Shown here piece after piece: positions 27,559 through 37,100 of a stretch of DNA of 64,000 nucleotides. The translations under genes were made by a program, and so were the position numbers. The notes beneath the pieces are model-generated. The model had not been told where the DNA came from. It saw only the letters and a program-made list of their open reading frames with translations, and searched no databases. Source of the DNA: a virus (Duplodnaviria; Caudoviricetes); IMG/VR virus record IMGVR_UViG_3300050034_000334. The stretch is one strand, 5' to 3'. Positions within the stretch are counted from its first letter, which is position 1; each line of letters opens with the position of its first letter.

Positions 27559-27979
27559 ATCAGTTCAGATCCAGCGAACCAGAAACTGATCTCGACTTGT
27601 GCGGATGAACTGCTGTCTGACCCATGGATGGCGTTCTCACGCACGACAGCACCGCCGAATTGAATTGACGACGTAGAGTACCCTCTGCAGCCTTTGCCGG
27701 ATCTGTAGCTCCCATCAGTTTCCGCAAATCGGCAATCGCATCTTCTTTCTCAAGCACCATGAGGAATAGCGGTCCCGATGCCATGAACTCTGACAGTGGC
27801 TCGAAGAAGGGTTTGCCAGCGTGCTCTCGATAGAAGTAGTCAGCCTGAGATCGAGATATTGTAGTTTTCTTGATGGTGATGATGGAGAATCCAGCCTTTT
27901 CGATTGCGGCTAGGATTGCACCAGTGAAACCTCTTCGCACAGCATCAGGTTTGATAATGCTGAAAGTTCTCTCTATCAT
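27555..27979 (-). pseudogene. ndk: Nucleoside diphosphate kinase, frameshifted by a 5-bp duplication
   Basis: [22 protein letters not shown]. Removing one copy of the 5-bp repeat at 27657-27666 restores [29 protein letters not shown] with the catalytic His and a stop at 27555. Confidence 0.9.
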
Positions 27980-27989
27980 TTGTGCTCTC

Positions 27990-28169
27990 CTAGGCTGGAG
28001 TCATCTCATTTGCCAACTCAGTCATAGTCTCGACTGAATCAGCCGTACCTGACCACACCAGTCTCATCCATTTGTCGTTCTCACAAGATTCTTGATACTC
28101 AGCATCTGTGAGAACGACATAGAATGGATTGTACGAGCACGGTATATGAACGATGTGGAACCGTTTCAT
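27990..28169 (-). CDS. Small hypothetical protein
   Basis: ATGA-coupled start MKRFHIV. Confidence 0.55.
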   Translation of the reverse strand: MKRFHIVHIPCSYNPFYVVLTDAEYQESCENDKWMRLVWSGTADSVETMTELANEMTPA

Positions 28170-29614
28170 ACAACAGACTCCAGGCAAATGGTCAAATCGT
28201 CAACTGTCTCGATAGTCACATTCGTAGTGACTTCCCTCTTCTTGTAGGGCTTCCGCTGCTTGGGAACAGTCGATCCCTTGAGGAAACAGTCCTTGAGCAC
28301 CCGCATACGATTACGAGCACGATTGAACTCCTGCTCTGTCATGCTCATGTCTTCCATAGCCTCCCGATAGTTGCCGGCTTGGGCAATGGCTGCCATGACT
28401 TCCAACAGTTCAGGATCGGTCTTGTTCACGAAACAACGATACTCCTCCAAGAAGATCTTCACATCCTCGGAGACTGGCTTGAAGGGCTGAACGCAGTGGT
28501 GGTGGACATACTCATCGTCGACAACTTCGGAGTACTCCTCTGCCGGCATGCCCAGGACCAAGTTGCCCATTGTACAAATGGGATTCTTGGACTGCTTGCT
28601 GTAGATGGTGCTGTACCGATTGCTCAAGCAGTTCTTGACATAGTTGAAGAAACGACGAGCAGAAGCTCCATACTGGAGGATCGGGTCAAAGATCTGTATG
28701 ACATCCTCACAGCCTTCGGGATGCCAGCGGTGACTACCGGGCTGCCTGTACTTGCTGCTCGGAGGAAGGTAACGAAGGTGCATGAGCAGGTCAGCTTCCC
28801 AGTCTTCAACATCCATGTCGACCGAGATCCTGTGAATCCGTTTCATGACCCAACGACGGGTGTATTCAGGGTATTTCATGTAGAACTCGCCAAAATCGCG
28901 AGGAACCACGAAACCGTCATCACCAACGAAGTGTCCATCCTCATCAGTAGTGAAGGAATCCCCAGAATAGGGCTTGGTTTCCTCTTCAACAGCGGCCTCA
29001 ACCTCGAGATCCTCATCCTCTTCATCAGGAGGAGCAAGTGGAGTGACCACAATCACAGTTGCCGCTGGTTCCAGTTTGTGGAGCAAACGTGTGAGCCACT
29101 CTCCCTCTTGAATAGAAGAGCAGGGGCCTCCTCTGGGTGGCCAGCTTTTCTCGCCTTCCAGCAGGAGAAGATCCTTGGTGAGTTCAGTAGAAGAGACAGG
29201 AATCCACTCGACATCGTAGAAATGAGAGTAGTTGTCATTCCCGTTGCCGGTACTGTCATGCTTGTCTTTTTGGTACTTGTAGCCAGAGGTGATACGACCC
29301 AGGCCGTGTAGACCATACTGCACGTTGGGCACCACCACAATCATCCCAGGTTTCAGTGAGAGAAAGTTGGTGAAGTTGCGCTTGGCCTTGTTCTGATTCT
29401 TTAGAGCAGAGATGACCACCTGCTCGTTTTTGTCGTTGAGTACAGTTTCCTCTTGAATGTTCTGTTCGATGAGAGCGTGAACTTCGGCTAGTGACTTGCC
29501 CGTCAAATCGAATTCTGGCAGCCATCCTATGGCGGCATAACCACCATCAAGGAAACGCTTGAAGGCAACCTTCTGGTTGCTCCCGGAAGGGGCGATTGTT
29601 GCATAATGTGACAT
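28166..29614 (-). CDS. Fusion of an McrB/Mrr-type N-terminal DNA-recognition-like domain, an acidic linker and an ECF-sigma-like domain
   Basis: N-terminal F..GGYAAIGW..DL..F..LKPGMIVVVP..LG.ITSGY.Y..HFY.VEW. C-terminal FGEFYMKY..DVEDWEADLL..FDP..FFNYVKNCLSN (sigma region 2-like) and YREAMEDMSMTEQEFNRARNRM (region 4-like). Confidence 0.55.
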   Translation of the reverse strand: MSHYATIAPSGSNQKVAFKRFLDGGYAAIGWLPEFDLTGKSLAEVHALIEQNIQEETVLNDKNEQVVISALKNQNKAKRNFTNFLSLKPGMIVVVPNVQYGLHGLGRITSGYKYQKDKHDSTGNGNDNYSHFYDVEWIPVSSTELTKDLLLLEGEKSWPPRGGPCSSIQEGEWLTRLLHKLEPAATVIVVTPLAPPDEEDEDLEVEAAVEEETKPYSGDSFTTDEDGHFVGDDGFVVPRDFGEFYMKYPEYTRRWVMKRIHRISVDMDVEDWEADLLMHLRYLPPSSKYRQPGSHRWHPEGCEDVIQIFDPILQYGASARRFFNYVKNCLSNRYSTIYSKQSKNPICTMGNLVLGMPAEEYSEVVDDEYVHHHCVQPFKPVSEDVKIFLEEYRCFVNKTDPELLEVMAAIAQAGNYREAMEDMSMTEQEFNRARNRMRVLKDCFLKGSTVPKQRKPYKKREVTTNVTIETVDDLTICLESVV

Positions 29615-30004
29615 GGCGTGTATCCGTTTCGTGAATTGTGGAGATAACGGACACGTGTAGCGAGGGGACTGAGAGTCAGTCAGCACACTGAGAATGATTC
29701 AGCCGAGAGGCACACATGTAGTGATTGGTTTGTTTTGGACCTGTTATCAGTCAGGTTGCGCCAGAGCATACAGTTAGTACTCGGAAATCAGAAAACTGGG
29801 CAATACACGATTTGCCAAAGTTTACTGAAGAGATACCGGAGGAGAGTGCTCAAGAGGGAACATTAGGACTCTCTCATGGCCTGATGAATAGTGATTCATT
29901 TTGACCTACTTCTGTTTGATGAGAAACTATCATAGTTCTTATATGCGGGTTACGCCGCAAATTTGAATGTTTATTTTCTATTTATAAGAACCATATCACC
30001 ATGG

Positions 30005-31936
30005 TTATCCTCTGCGGTGATAAGGATTGACGACTGGTTTTACACCGTTCGTTCCGGACATATGGGAGATTTTCCTCATGCGTTCGAGCACCTGGAGATC
30101 ACGCGAAGATACTGCCTCAATGTGTAGGATTGGCTTGGGTGGAATAGAGGCTTGTTTCTGCATAATCAGGCTCTGCCCAGTTGGGTCCAACCTCAGTCGT
30201 CCATCTGTATCCAAGTACTGCTGAGCTAACAAGGCAACGAGGGCTGCGGAGTCGCACATATCGTCGTGGGCACCCTTCTCTTCCGGGGCCTCAACTCGAA
30301 TCTGGTACTTGTTGATCATCTCAGCTTCAACGTTCTTCAGTTCATTGAAGAACTTGGGCACGTTGGGAAGCTGACATAGTCCCTGATCAATATAACCCTT
30401 CAGGGTGAAGTACATTTGAGAGTTGATCTGGGAGTTGAGGTGGACACCCTCCATGGTGGTGATTCCCAAAATGTGAAGCAACTGTACGAGAAGGCGACCA
30501 CCATGCTGGTCAGTCTGGCCACGGAAGCAGGGTAGTACATTATGCATGTAGACGAGCCAGGAGGCAATCTCCTCAAGGACAAGCTCTTTGTGATTGACAT
30601 ACCGATTCATACCATCCCCAGTGGGAACACCGGGGCCTTCAAACTTCTCACCAACCATCATGCGATCGATGTAGTCGTACACCAGCATGATGCCCTTGGG
30701 AGTGACTTCGAGGTGTCCAATCGCCAGAGCCGTGGCGTCATTCTTCATACCCAGATCAAGTCCCCAGAAGTAGTTGTATCCCAGACATTCCGGAGAGAAC
30801 TGGATGATGTTGTCTCTTTCGACCTTGCACTTCTCAATTGAGATTCCAGAGACATACGTTTCAGACGATTCTAGGAACTGACCTCCATACTCTGCTTTCC
30901 ATGTCAGAGGAGCGGTCTTCAGCTTGTTGTACAGGAACTCACTATCTGCGCGGGGGTTCATTTCAGCCGTTCCCACACGCATGGTGAAGATGCCTGATCC
31001 TACACCGCCTTCCATGGCGATGGTGTGAATGTCGTACATCTTGCCCATCTTCTTCCAAGGTGAAGAGATGGATAGAATCAGGGCCTCGCGCTTGCCATCA
31101 TGCGTGAACTGCATGGTCGCGGGGTTGGCAGCTTCGTACACTTCTTCGGAGCTTGATCCCTTGTCACTGCGGAAGTGAGCGAACTCATCCAGAACCAAGA
31201 CAAGTGACGATGGACCACGCACCGCTGTGGAGGTACAAGCCAGAGACATCACGTTGACGGTTGGGGTGATCTGAGTCTTGTGCCGGTCAGCCTCGGTCAC
31301 GAACCCCAAGGAGGTTGTGCTGCCTCCCTTGAGATATGGCTTGAAGAACGGAGTCTTGTTTACCTGTTCGCGGAGTTTCGCAAAGATGCGGCCTGCACCA
31401 TCTTCATCCTGAGCGAGGAACGTGAAGTCGATGGGTGAACCCTCGTCCAGATCGTAGTATTCCTGTGGGGAACGAACATGGAGCAGCTTGTAGAGTTCGA
31501 AAGCTCCAATGGCTGATACCAATTGGCTCTTTCCACCTCTGCGACCAGCAAAGACAGTAGACTCACGGAAACCATTGGGTGGGAGATCTCGCCAATCTCT
31601 TACATTGCAGCGTCCCTCATCATACACCCACTTGAGATAGTCCTCTTCAGCCGTTGGTCCGGTGAACTCATGAAGCAACTTGTCACGGAACTTGTCATAG
31701 ATGGGAACTGATTTCCAGACTTTATTGGATTCGCAGATGGGCTTGTAATCGAAAGGGATGGCATAGATGCAGCGAACGATGACTCTCTGGACTGGATACA
31801 GAGACATGTTCAGACCAGAGGAAGACTCAATGAAATCCAGGGCATTCAGTATGTCACCCTGATTCAGTTGCTGGTCGACCAGCTGTCCTAGGACTGAGTC
31901 CTGCGCTGCTTTACTGAAGCGATTTGTAACTGCCAT
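30005..31936 (-). CDS. terL: Terminase large subunit
   Basis: Walker A AGRRGGKS, Walker B LVLDEFAHF, coupling ISSP, nuclease GLDLG..D and HDD..D. Confidence 0.93.
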   Translation of the reverse strand: MAVTNRFSKAAQDSVLGQLVDQQLNQGDILNALDFIESSSGLNMSLYPVQRVIVRCIYAIPFDYKPICESNKVWKSVPIYDKFRDKLLHEFTGPTAEEDYLKWVYDEGRCNVRDWRDLPPNGFRESTVFAGRRGGKSQLVSAIGAFELYKLLHVRSPQEYYDLDEGSPIDFTFLAQDEDGAGRIFAKLREQVNKTPFFKPYLKGGSTTSLGFVTEADRHKTQITPTVNVMSLACTSTAVRGPSSLVLVLDEFAHFRSDKGSSSEEVYEAANPATMQFTHDGKREALILSISSPWKKMGKMYDIHTIAMEGGVGSGIFTMRVGTAEMNPRADSEFLYNKLKTAPLTWKAEYGGQFLESSETYVSGISIEKCKVERDNIIQFSPECLGYNYFWGLDLGMKNDATALAIGHLEVTPKGIMLVYDYIDRMMVGEKFEGPGVPTGDGMNRYVNHKELVLEEIASWLVYMHNVLPCFRGQTDQHGGRLLVQLLHILGITTMEGVHLNSQINSQMYFTLKGYIDQGLCQLPNVPKFFNELKNVEAEMINKYQIRVEAPEEKGAHDDMCDSAALVALLAQQYLDTDGRLRLDPTGQSLIMQKQASIPPKPILHIEAVSSRDLQVLERMRKISHMSGTNGVKPVVNPYHRRG

Positions 31937-31974
31937 ACAGATGGGTTCTGTATTTCATTTTCAATGGAAAATGA

Positions 31975-33159
31975 TCAGAATCCGTACTTCGATCCTGGAG
32001 GAAATGCCTGTTGCATGATCCAATCCCGTTCCGCCGGTGTCAAAGCATTGAACTTCGCCAGCAGTTCCGGAGGGAGATTGCCATAGGAATCCATGTGATT
32101 GGCATCTTGCACGATTTCAGCTACATGTTCAGCAGACAAGGTGATCCTCTTGTTGTTGTACATGTTGAGAATGTCGGTACCAATCGCATCCCAAGTGAGC
32201 TCAGCCGCTCTCTCTATCTCCTTGATCTCCTGAGGAGTCATGTTCTTGGGCTGTACGGCAGTGGATTTCCGTGTCTCAGTGCGCTCTTCACGCAACCGCT
32301 CAAACTCTTCCTCGTCCTCATCTGTGATGTTATCGATGAACTCCTTGCGGAGTGCATCGGTCACCTTCTCATAGAGATCACGATTGTAGTATTCGTACTC
32401 AAGATGGAACTTGTCGCGGATGATATCAGTGATGTAATCCCAGGCGCTGTCGCGACCGCCTTCGGATAGAGCTTCTCCGTACTCGAGCTCACCTTCTCCA
32501 TGAAGGTACTCAGAGATGCGAGTGATGTATCCAGCCGCCTCTTCCTCTAGCTCCTGTGCAGCCTGTGCTTCGTAGTCTTCTGGCTCTGGCTCGGGCTTCA
32601 GAGCTTCAACAAGATCTTCGAGGCCATTGCCTTCCTTCTTGGACTCCTCGAACAGCCAGTTCCCATTTTCGGAGATGTAGAGAGTTTCCCCTGGTTCTCT
32701 GGGGACGGTCTTCTTCAGGTTGAAGGTCTTGCCATCTTCGTCTTCGTCGAAAAGACCTTCCCACTTGAATCCGTCTTGCTGGGCAGCCTCGCGCATTTCC
32801 TCGACATTCTCAGGAACTGAGACATCAGAGAAAGTGTTGGGTGTACCTTCAACCAAGTCTGGATCGTCTTCGAAGTCGTCGGCTTTCTTTCCCACTGACC
32901 CTGTTTTGGAGGACACTGTGCTCTCAGCACCCGCCTTATCCGGATCTCCATGCCAGTGACCATCACTGTGTTCGTAACAGCAGTAGTCTCCGTCATTCCG
33001 ATTCGCGTAGAAATCTTCTCCACATCCTGCACAAGTCTTAACTTCTAGGTGGTCGTCCTGGCGCACGTTTAAGTCGTGCTGATCACGCAACTCTTGATAG
33101 AGTTTAGCTCGCTCTTGAGGAGTCCTCTCAAATCCAGTTTTGACTGATGGGATCTTCAT
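31975..33159 (-). CDS. Acidic hypothetical protein (putative head-associated)
   Basis: AGGAG RBS; CAGC..CC..H; KTG/KKAD motifs. Confidence 0.6.
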   Translation of the reverse strand: MKIPSVKTGFERTPQERAKLYQELRDQHDLNVRQDDHLEVKTCAGCGEDFYANRNDGDYCCYEHSDGHWHGDPDKAGAESTVSSKTGSVGKKADDFEDDPDLVEGTPNTFSDVSVPENVEEMREAAQQDGFKWEGLFDEDEDGKTFNLKKTVPREPGETLYISENGNWLFEESKKEGNGLEDLVEALKPEPEPEDYEAQAAQELEEEAAGYITRISEYLHGEGELEYGEALSEGGRDSAWDYITDIIRDKFHLEYEYYNRDLYEKVTDALRKEFIDNITDEDEEEFERLREERTETRKSTAVQPKNMTPQEIKEIERAAELTWDAIGTDILNMYNNKRITLSAEHVAEIVQDANHMDSYGNLPPELLAKFNALTPAERDWIMQQAFPPGSKYGF

Positions 33160-33167
33160 GTACTCTC

Positions 33168-34067
33168 CTACCGGATTACAAAGTTGAATTGATATCCTGC
33201 ATCAAGACATGCTTGACGTTTTGCTTTGTTTACGAGCCACCAATCATCACATCCAAACAAAGTCCAGTTGGATTTCACTTCTATCAACCAGTTCAACCTG
33301 GGAAGGTAGAAGTCGGGATAGTAACAGCTCTGCCTGCCTGTAATGGGATTGGTATACCATATCTTAGGTACGTTACCCTTTCCAGAAAGCACCTCTTTCT
33401 CAGCAAAACCAGATTTCAGCAATTCCAATAATACTCTGAATTCATATCCTTGAAGGTAGCGAACCTCTCCTGAAGGGGTTGTGTACGGTTTGGCCTGTAA
33501 CCTGGTTCTGAGACTTTTCTCATAGATTTCAGCATCCTGTGATGGGTTATCTACTCCATATCTTTCTCTACAAGAGGCTACTATCTTCCCTTTCACTATT
33601 TCTGATTGAAAAACAAATCGAGTACCATACTTTCTAAGACAAGTCTTCTGAATTTTTTGTTCTACTTGAACACTTTGTCTGACATTGTCAACACCATACA
33701 CCCTTTGGCAAGTATCATCACGCTTTTTCATCACTTCTTTTGAACACATTGGTGAATTACCACCATATCTATCCAAGCAAGTCCTACTCTTTTTAGCACG
33801 AACATCCGAGCTTGCTAGCGGATTAGTACCTCCAAATTTGTTGATAAAATACTGGTTTCGTTTAGCAACTATTTCAGGCATTAATGACGGGTTTCTAGAA
33901 CTCAAACAAGTCTTCAGTTTCCATCCGTTACAGCTGTTGTGTCTGGAACTGCAACACGGACGTCTCCCCTTTCCAAGAAAGAACTTGGCAGGTAGTGTAC
34001 ATCCATAGTTACAGATAAGGTTGATTTCTGGTGGTATAACTTCGACATGCGGCTTCCCAATGCTCAT
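33168..34067 (-). CDS. Homing-endonuclease-like PD-(D/E)xK nuclease with YG.xN(P) repeats
   Basis: Repeated TC..RYG..NP..S..V..K units, then YYPDFYL..LIEVKS.WT. Confidence 0.75.
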   Translation of the reverse strand: MSIGKPHVEVIPPEINLICNYGCTLPAKFFLGKGRRPCCSSRHNSCNGWKLKTCLSSRNPSLMPEIVAKRNQYFINKFGGTNPLASSDVRAKKSRTCLDRYGGNSPMCSKEVMKKRDDTCQRVYGVDNVRQSVQVEQKIQKTCLRKYGTRFVFQSEIVKGKIVASCRERYGVDNPSQDAEIYEKSLRTRLQAKPYTTPSGEVRYLQGYEFRVLLELLKSGFAEKEVLSGKGNVPKIWYTNPITGRQSCYYPDFYLPRLNWLIEVKSNWTLFGCDDWWLVNKAKRQACLDAGYQFNFVIR

Positions 34068-34085
34068 ACTTAGAGTCAGGAAGTC
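34068..34085 (-). promoter_or_regulatory. GACTT-N8-TAAGT motif directly before the ATG
   Basis: GACTT cctgactc TAAGT ATG(34067). Confidence 0.55.
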
Positions 34086-34112
34086 GCAATGTACGAAGTA
34101 ATAGTCAGAGGA

Positions 34113-37100
34113 CTATTCCGCTTCTTTTGTTCCTGTAATGAACTCATACTCCATAGTAAGAGTGTCTTTGTTGATCTTATTGCAGCGGACGAAAACTTCG
34201 TAAATGTATCCATCTACAGGATCATTTCTCCAAACCGCACTTTGTGCCCATGCCCCGTTGATGATGTCCTGAAGATCTGTGTCATTGAGATCCGCCAGCA
34301 GTGAACGAATCCTGGATCCGTTGCTAATACCAGGCCCAGCACTCATGCCAACTGAGGATACCGGGGAAGTTGAAGACTCGACAAACTCCAGGCTGATTGA
34401 TCCCTTGCCTGGAACCTTGTTCAGCACTGGGCGAGAGGTCACCTTGAAAGCTGAAACGAATGCTGCAGCGATCTCACCAACCAGCAACTTGATGAACTCG
34501 GAGAACTGCTCCTTGTCCTGAGTCTTGTTGGCTGTCTTCTTCAGTCTCATAGAAGCCAGTAGAGCAGAGGGAATACCATCGTCAAGTTGACCATGGTACT
34601 CGTCCATGAAGTCTATACCTCTTATACCTTGCTCATTGCGAAGCGGAAGGCTGTCATTCAGGATCTGAGGCTGGCCCTGGATTCCCACACCCACCGCGCT
34701 GGGAGCCGTGGAGACATACTTGCCCGCATCGCTGACATCAAAGTCGTTGATCATCGGGTTGTTGGCCTCGTTCGGAGCAGGGTTCGGCATGGAGTCTACG
34801 ATCTCTCCTTGAATTTCAGGGTAGAACTCCTGCAGAGCCTGACCAGGATAGAAGAAGCTGAATCCGGCTGTGATTGGACGTTCGGAATTGGTTACCCAAT
34901 CCTCACGCTCGTCCTTGCGAACTGTCTCAGGGTTCTCGGTCTTTCCTTTGGGAGCACCTTCGACTACCACAGGGAGGTCTTCTTCAGCCGCCACAAGGAC
35001 GAATGCAGAAGCCTTCTTGGAAGGATCCGTTTTAACGAAATCCTTGATGTTGAAAGAAGCACCACTGGGCTTGGACTGTTTGGGCTTAGGATCAATCGCG
35101 TTTCTCAGATCGTAAGGTTTGGAGTCAAGTGGATGCTTGGCTTCTTCGGCCTTCTTGGACTTGGCCGCCTTGGCGTGTTCCTCTTCCTCGCGCAAAGCCG
35201 GGCAGCCATCGTAGTGCTGTTGAATTCCCTGAACGCTGGTGCAATTGCAGTCAGGGCACTTCTTCTCAGGAGGAGCCTGCTCGTCACGAGCAGCATGATG
35301 ACGTTGGCCTTCCTCGCGCTCAGACTTCAGCCGCTCGTCGAACTCAGGAGTGTGAGGCTCGTAACCCTCGGAGAAGTAGGGAGCCTCGCCGGCATTCTCT
35401 CCATAGACCGCTCCACAAGCGCAGGTGTAGACGTTCATGCCATCAGGAGCACCCTTGTCCTCTTCCCACTCATGACCTTCGGGAAGAGTGGATGAACCTG
35501 GATCCGGGTATGCCTTCTTGGAGGAAGCCATCCTGCCTTCTTGTGAATGTTCGTTGTTCCACATATCCGCTTCGCTACGATCTTCAGCAGCTGCATCAAC
35601 AGCCTCGAGGATTTCGTAGCTGTTGTATTCTTGAATGAGAGTTCTGATCAACTCGTCCATGAGATCGCCGGTGCGAGCATCGAGGCCAAAATCATTCCAT
35701 CCGCTTCCCACGACTTCATCTTCGCCATTGATGGCTCCAAGAGCCGTTTGGAAGATTAGATGAATCGTTTCGGCATCGAATCCATCGGCCTTCATCTCCT
35801 CAACAAGACTGTCGAGCTCGGTGAATTCCATGGCCGTCTTCACAATACCAGCGAACTTGTCCAACTTCTCGGTGGCAGGAATCTTGATTCCAGTGTGATC
35901 TTCTTCCTCACTGCTGGCGTCATTGATGGAGGTATCACCTTCGAGCCGCTTGGCTGTGTCCTGATCCTCCGGAGGATTAGACAGGGCCTTCTTGACACTT
36001 CCGCCCTTGTGAGTCACTTCGTTGTGGGGATCGTTGTCTTCATCCTCATCTTCGTCTTCGTAGATCCCCGACATGGACTCATCAGTCTGTTCTTCCGGCC
36101 ACTCAATCTTCTCTTCACCGTAGTCCTTGCCATAGTTCGCGATGAAGTCATCGACCCAGGAAGCATTGCCAAAGCTGATGCGCCACATCGCCAAGGTGCC
36201 AACATTGGGCTGGCTTTCCGGGGAGAAGATCAGGGCAAGATCAGTTCTACCCTCCTTGCCAGAGACGTTGCCATCAATGATGAATGCTTCCGAGAACACC
36301 GGGGCCTTGGCAATCCCTTCCTCTACCAGCATCTCTGCAATTCCGTTGACCCATGCCTGCTGAGGAGCTCCTGCTCCCATGATTACCAGACCAAGGTCCT
36401 TGTCGTGTGCCAGGAGTGCTGAGAATGGCTGATTGGATACCTGAGGCTCACCAGCTGTCTTCTTTACAGAAGCAGACTTCTCTTTTTCATGATCCTCAAC
36501 CTCAGCTTCGTGATCGTCTTCTTCCTTCTCGTGATCCTCAACCTCAGCTTCGTGATCTCCTTCTTCGTGAGCTTCCTCCTCAGCCTCGTGTTCGTGACTC
36601 TCTTCCTTGTGCTCTTCCTGCTCCTCAGCGAAGTAGTCCGCATTCCAATAGTCGTCTTCCTTGGGCTCAGCCTTCGGTTCGGACTTTGGCTCTTCAGATT
36701 TCGGTTCAGCAGCTGGTTCTGTTGACTCAGCCTTCGGTTCGGTAGATTCAGCCTTTGGCTCGGACTTCTTGGTTTCCTTGAGTTCTACCAGCGGGGCCGG
36801 TCCAAGGTCCTCAGTGATGGCATTCCAAATGCTGTCAAAGTCCATGTTGACATCAGCCGTCTTGGCATCCACCACACCAGCGGGACGGAGCTTGGCAAGG
36901 CGAGCTTCGCGATCAGCCGCCTTCTTGCTCGCCTTGCTTGAGAATCCTCTTGAATGAGTGGCCGCCGTCTTTCCGCAAATGCATTCAGAGGCTGGACGAT
37001 CACAGGCATCACAGTAACCATCATCAGGAACGTCTTCTTCTGGTTTCTGATACGGAGCAGTGAATGCGGAAACCTTGGGAGCCGGAGCTTCAATCCTGTC

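Noticed and set aside
28124-29311. 395-aa plus-strand ORF (similarly 8746..9618, 34587..35495, 2398..3090, 5383..6081)
   Set aside because: These lie exactly opposite well-supported minus-strand genes, have no RBS or motifs, and show the hydrophobic bias typical of antisense frames.
29979-29986. TATAAATA (T4 late promoter consensus) on the minus strand
   Set aside because: A single copy in an AT-rich gap, not seen before other late genes.
22755-31936. Inteins in the DNA polymerase or terminase
   Set aside because: No C/S-start Hint blocks or HN-C/S/T junctions; the polymerase insertion lacks splicing motifs.
36481-36760. Short direct repeats as a possible CRISPR array
   Set aside because: In-frame coding repeats with no unique spacers; no cas genes.
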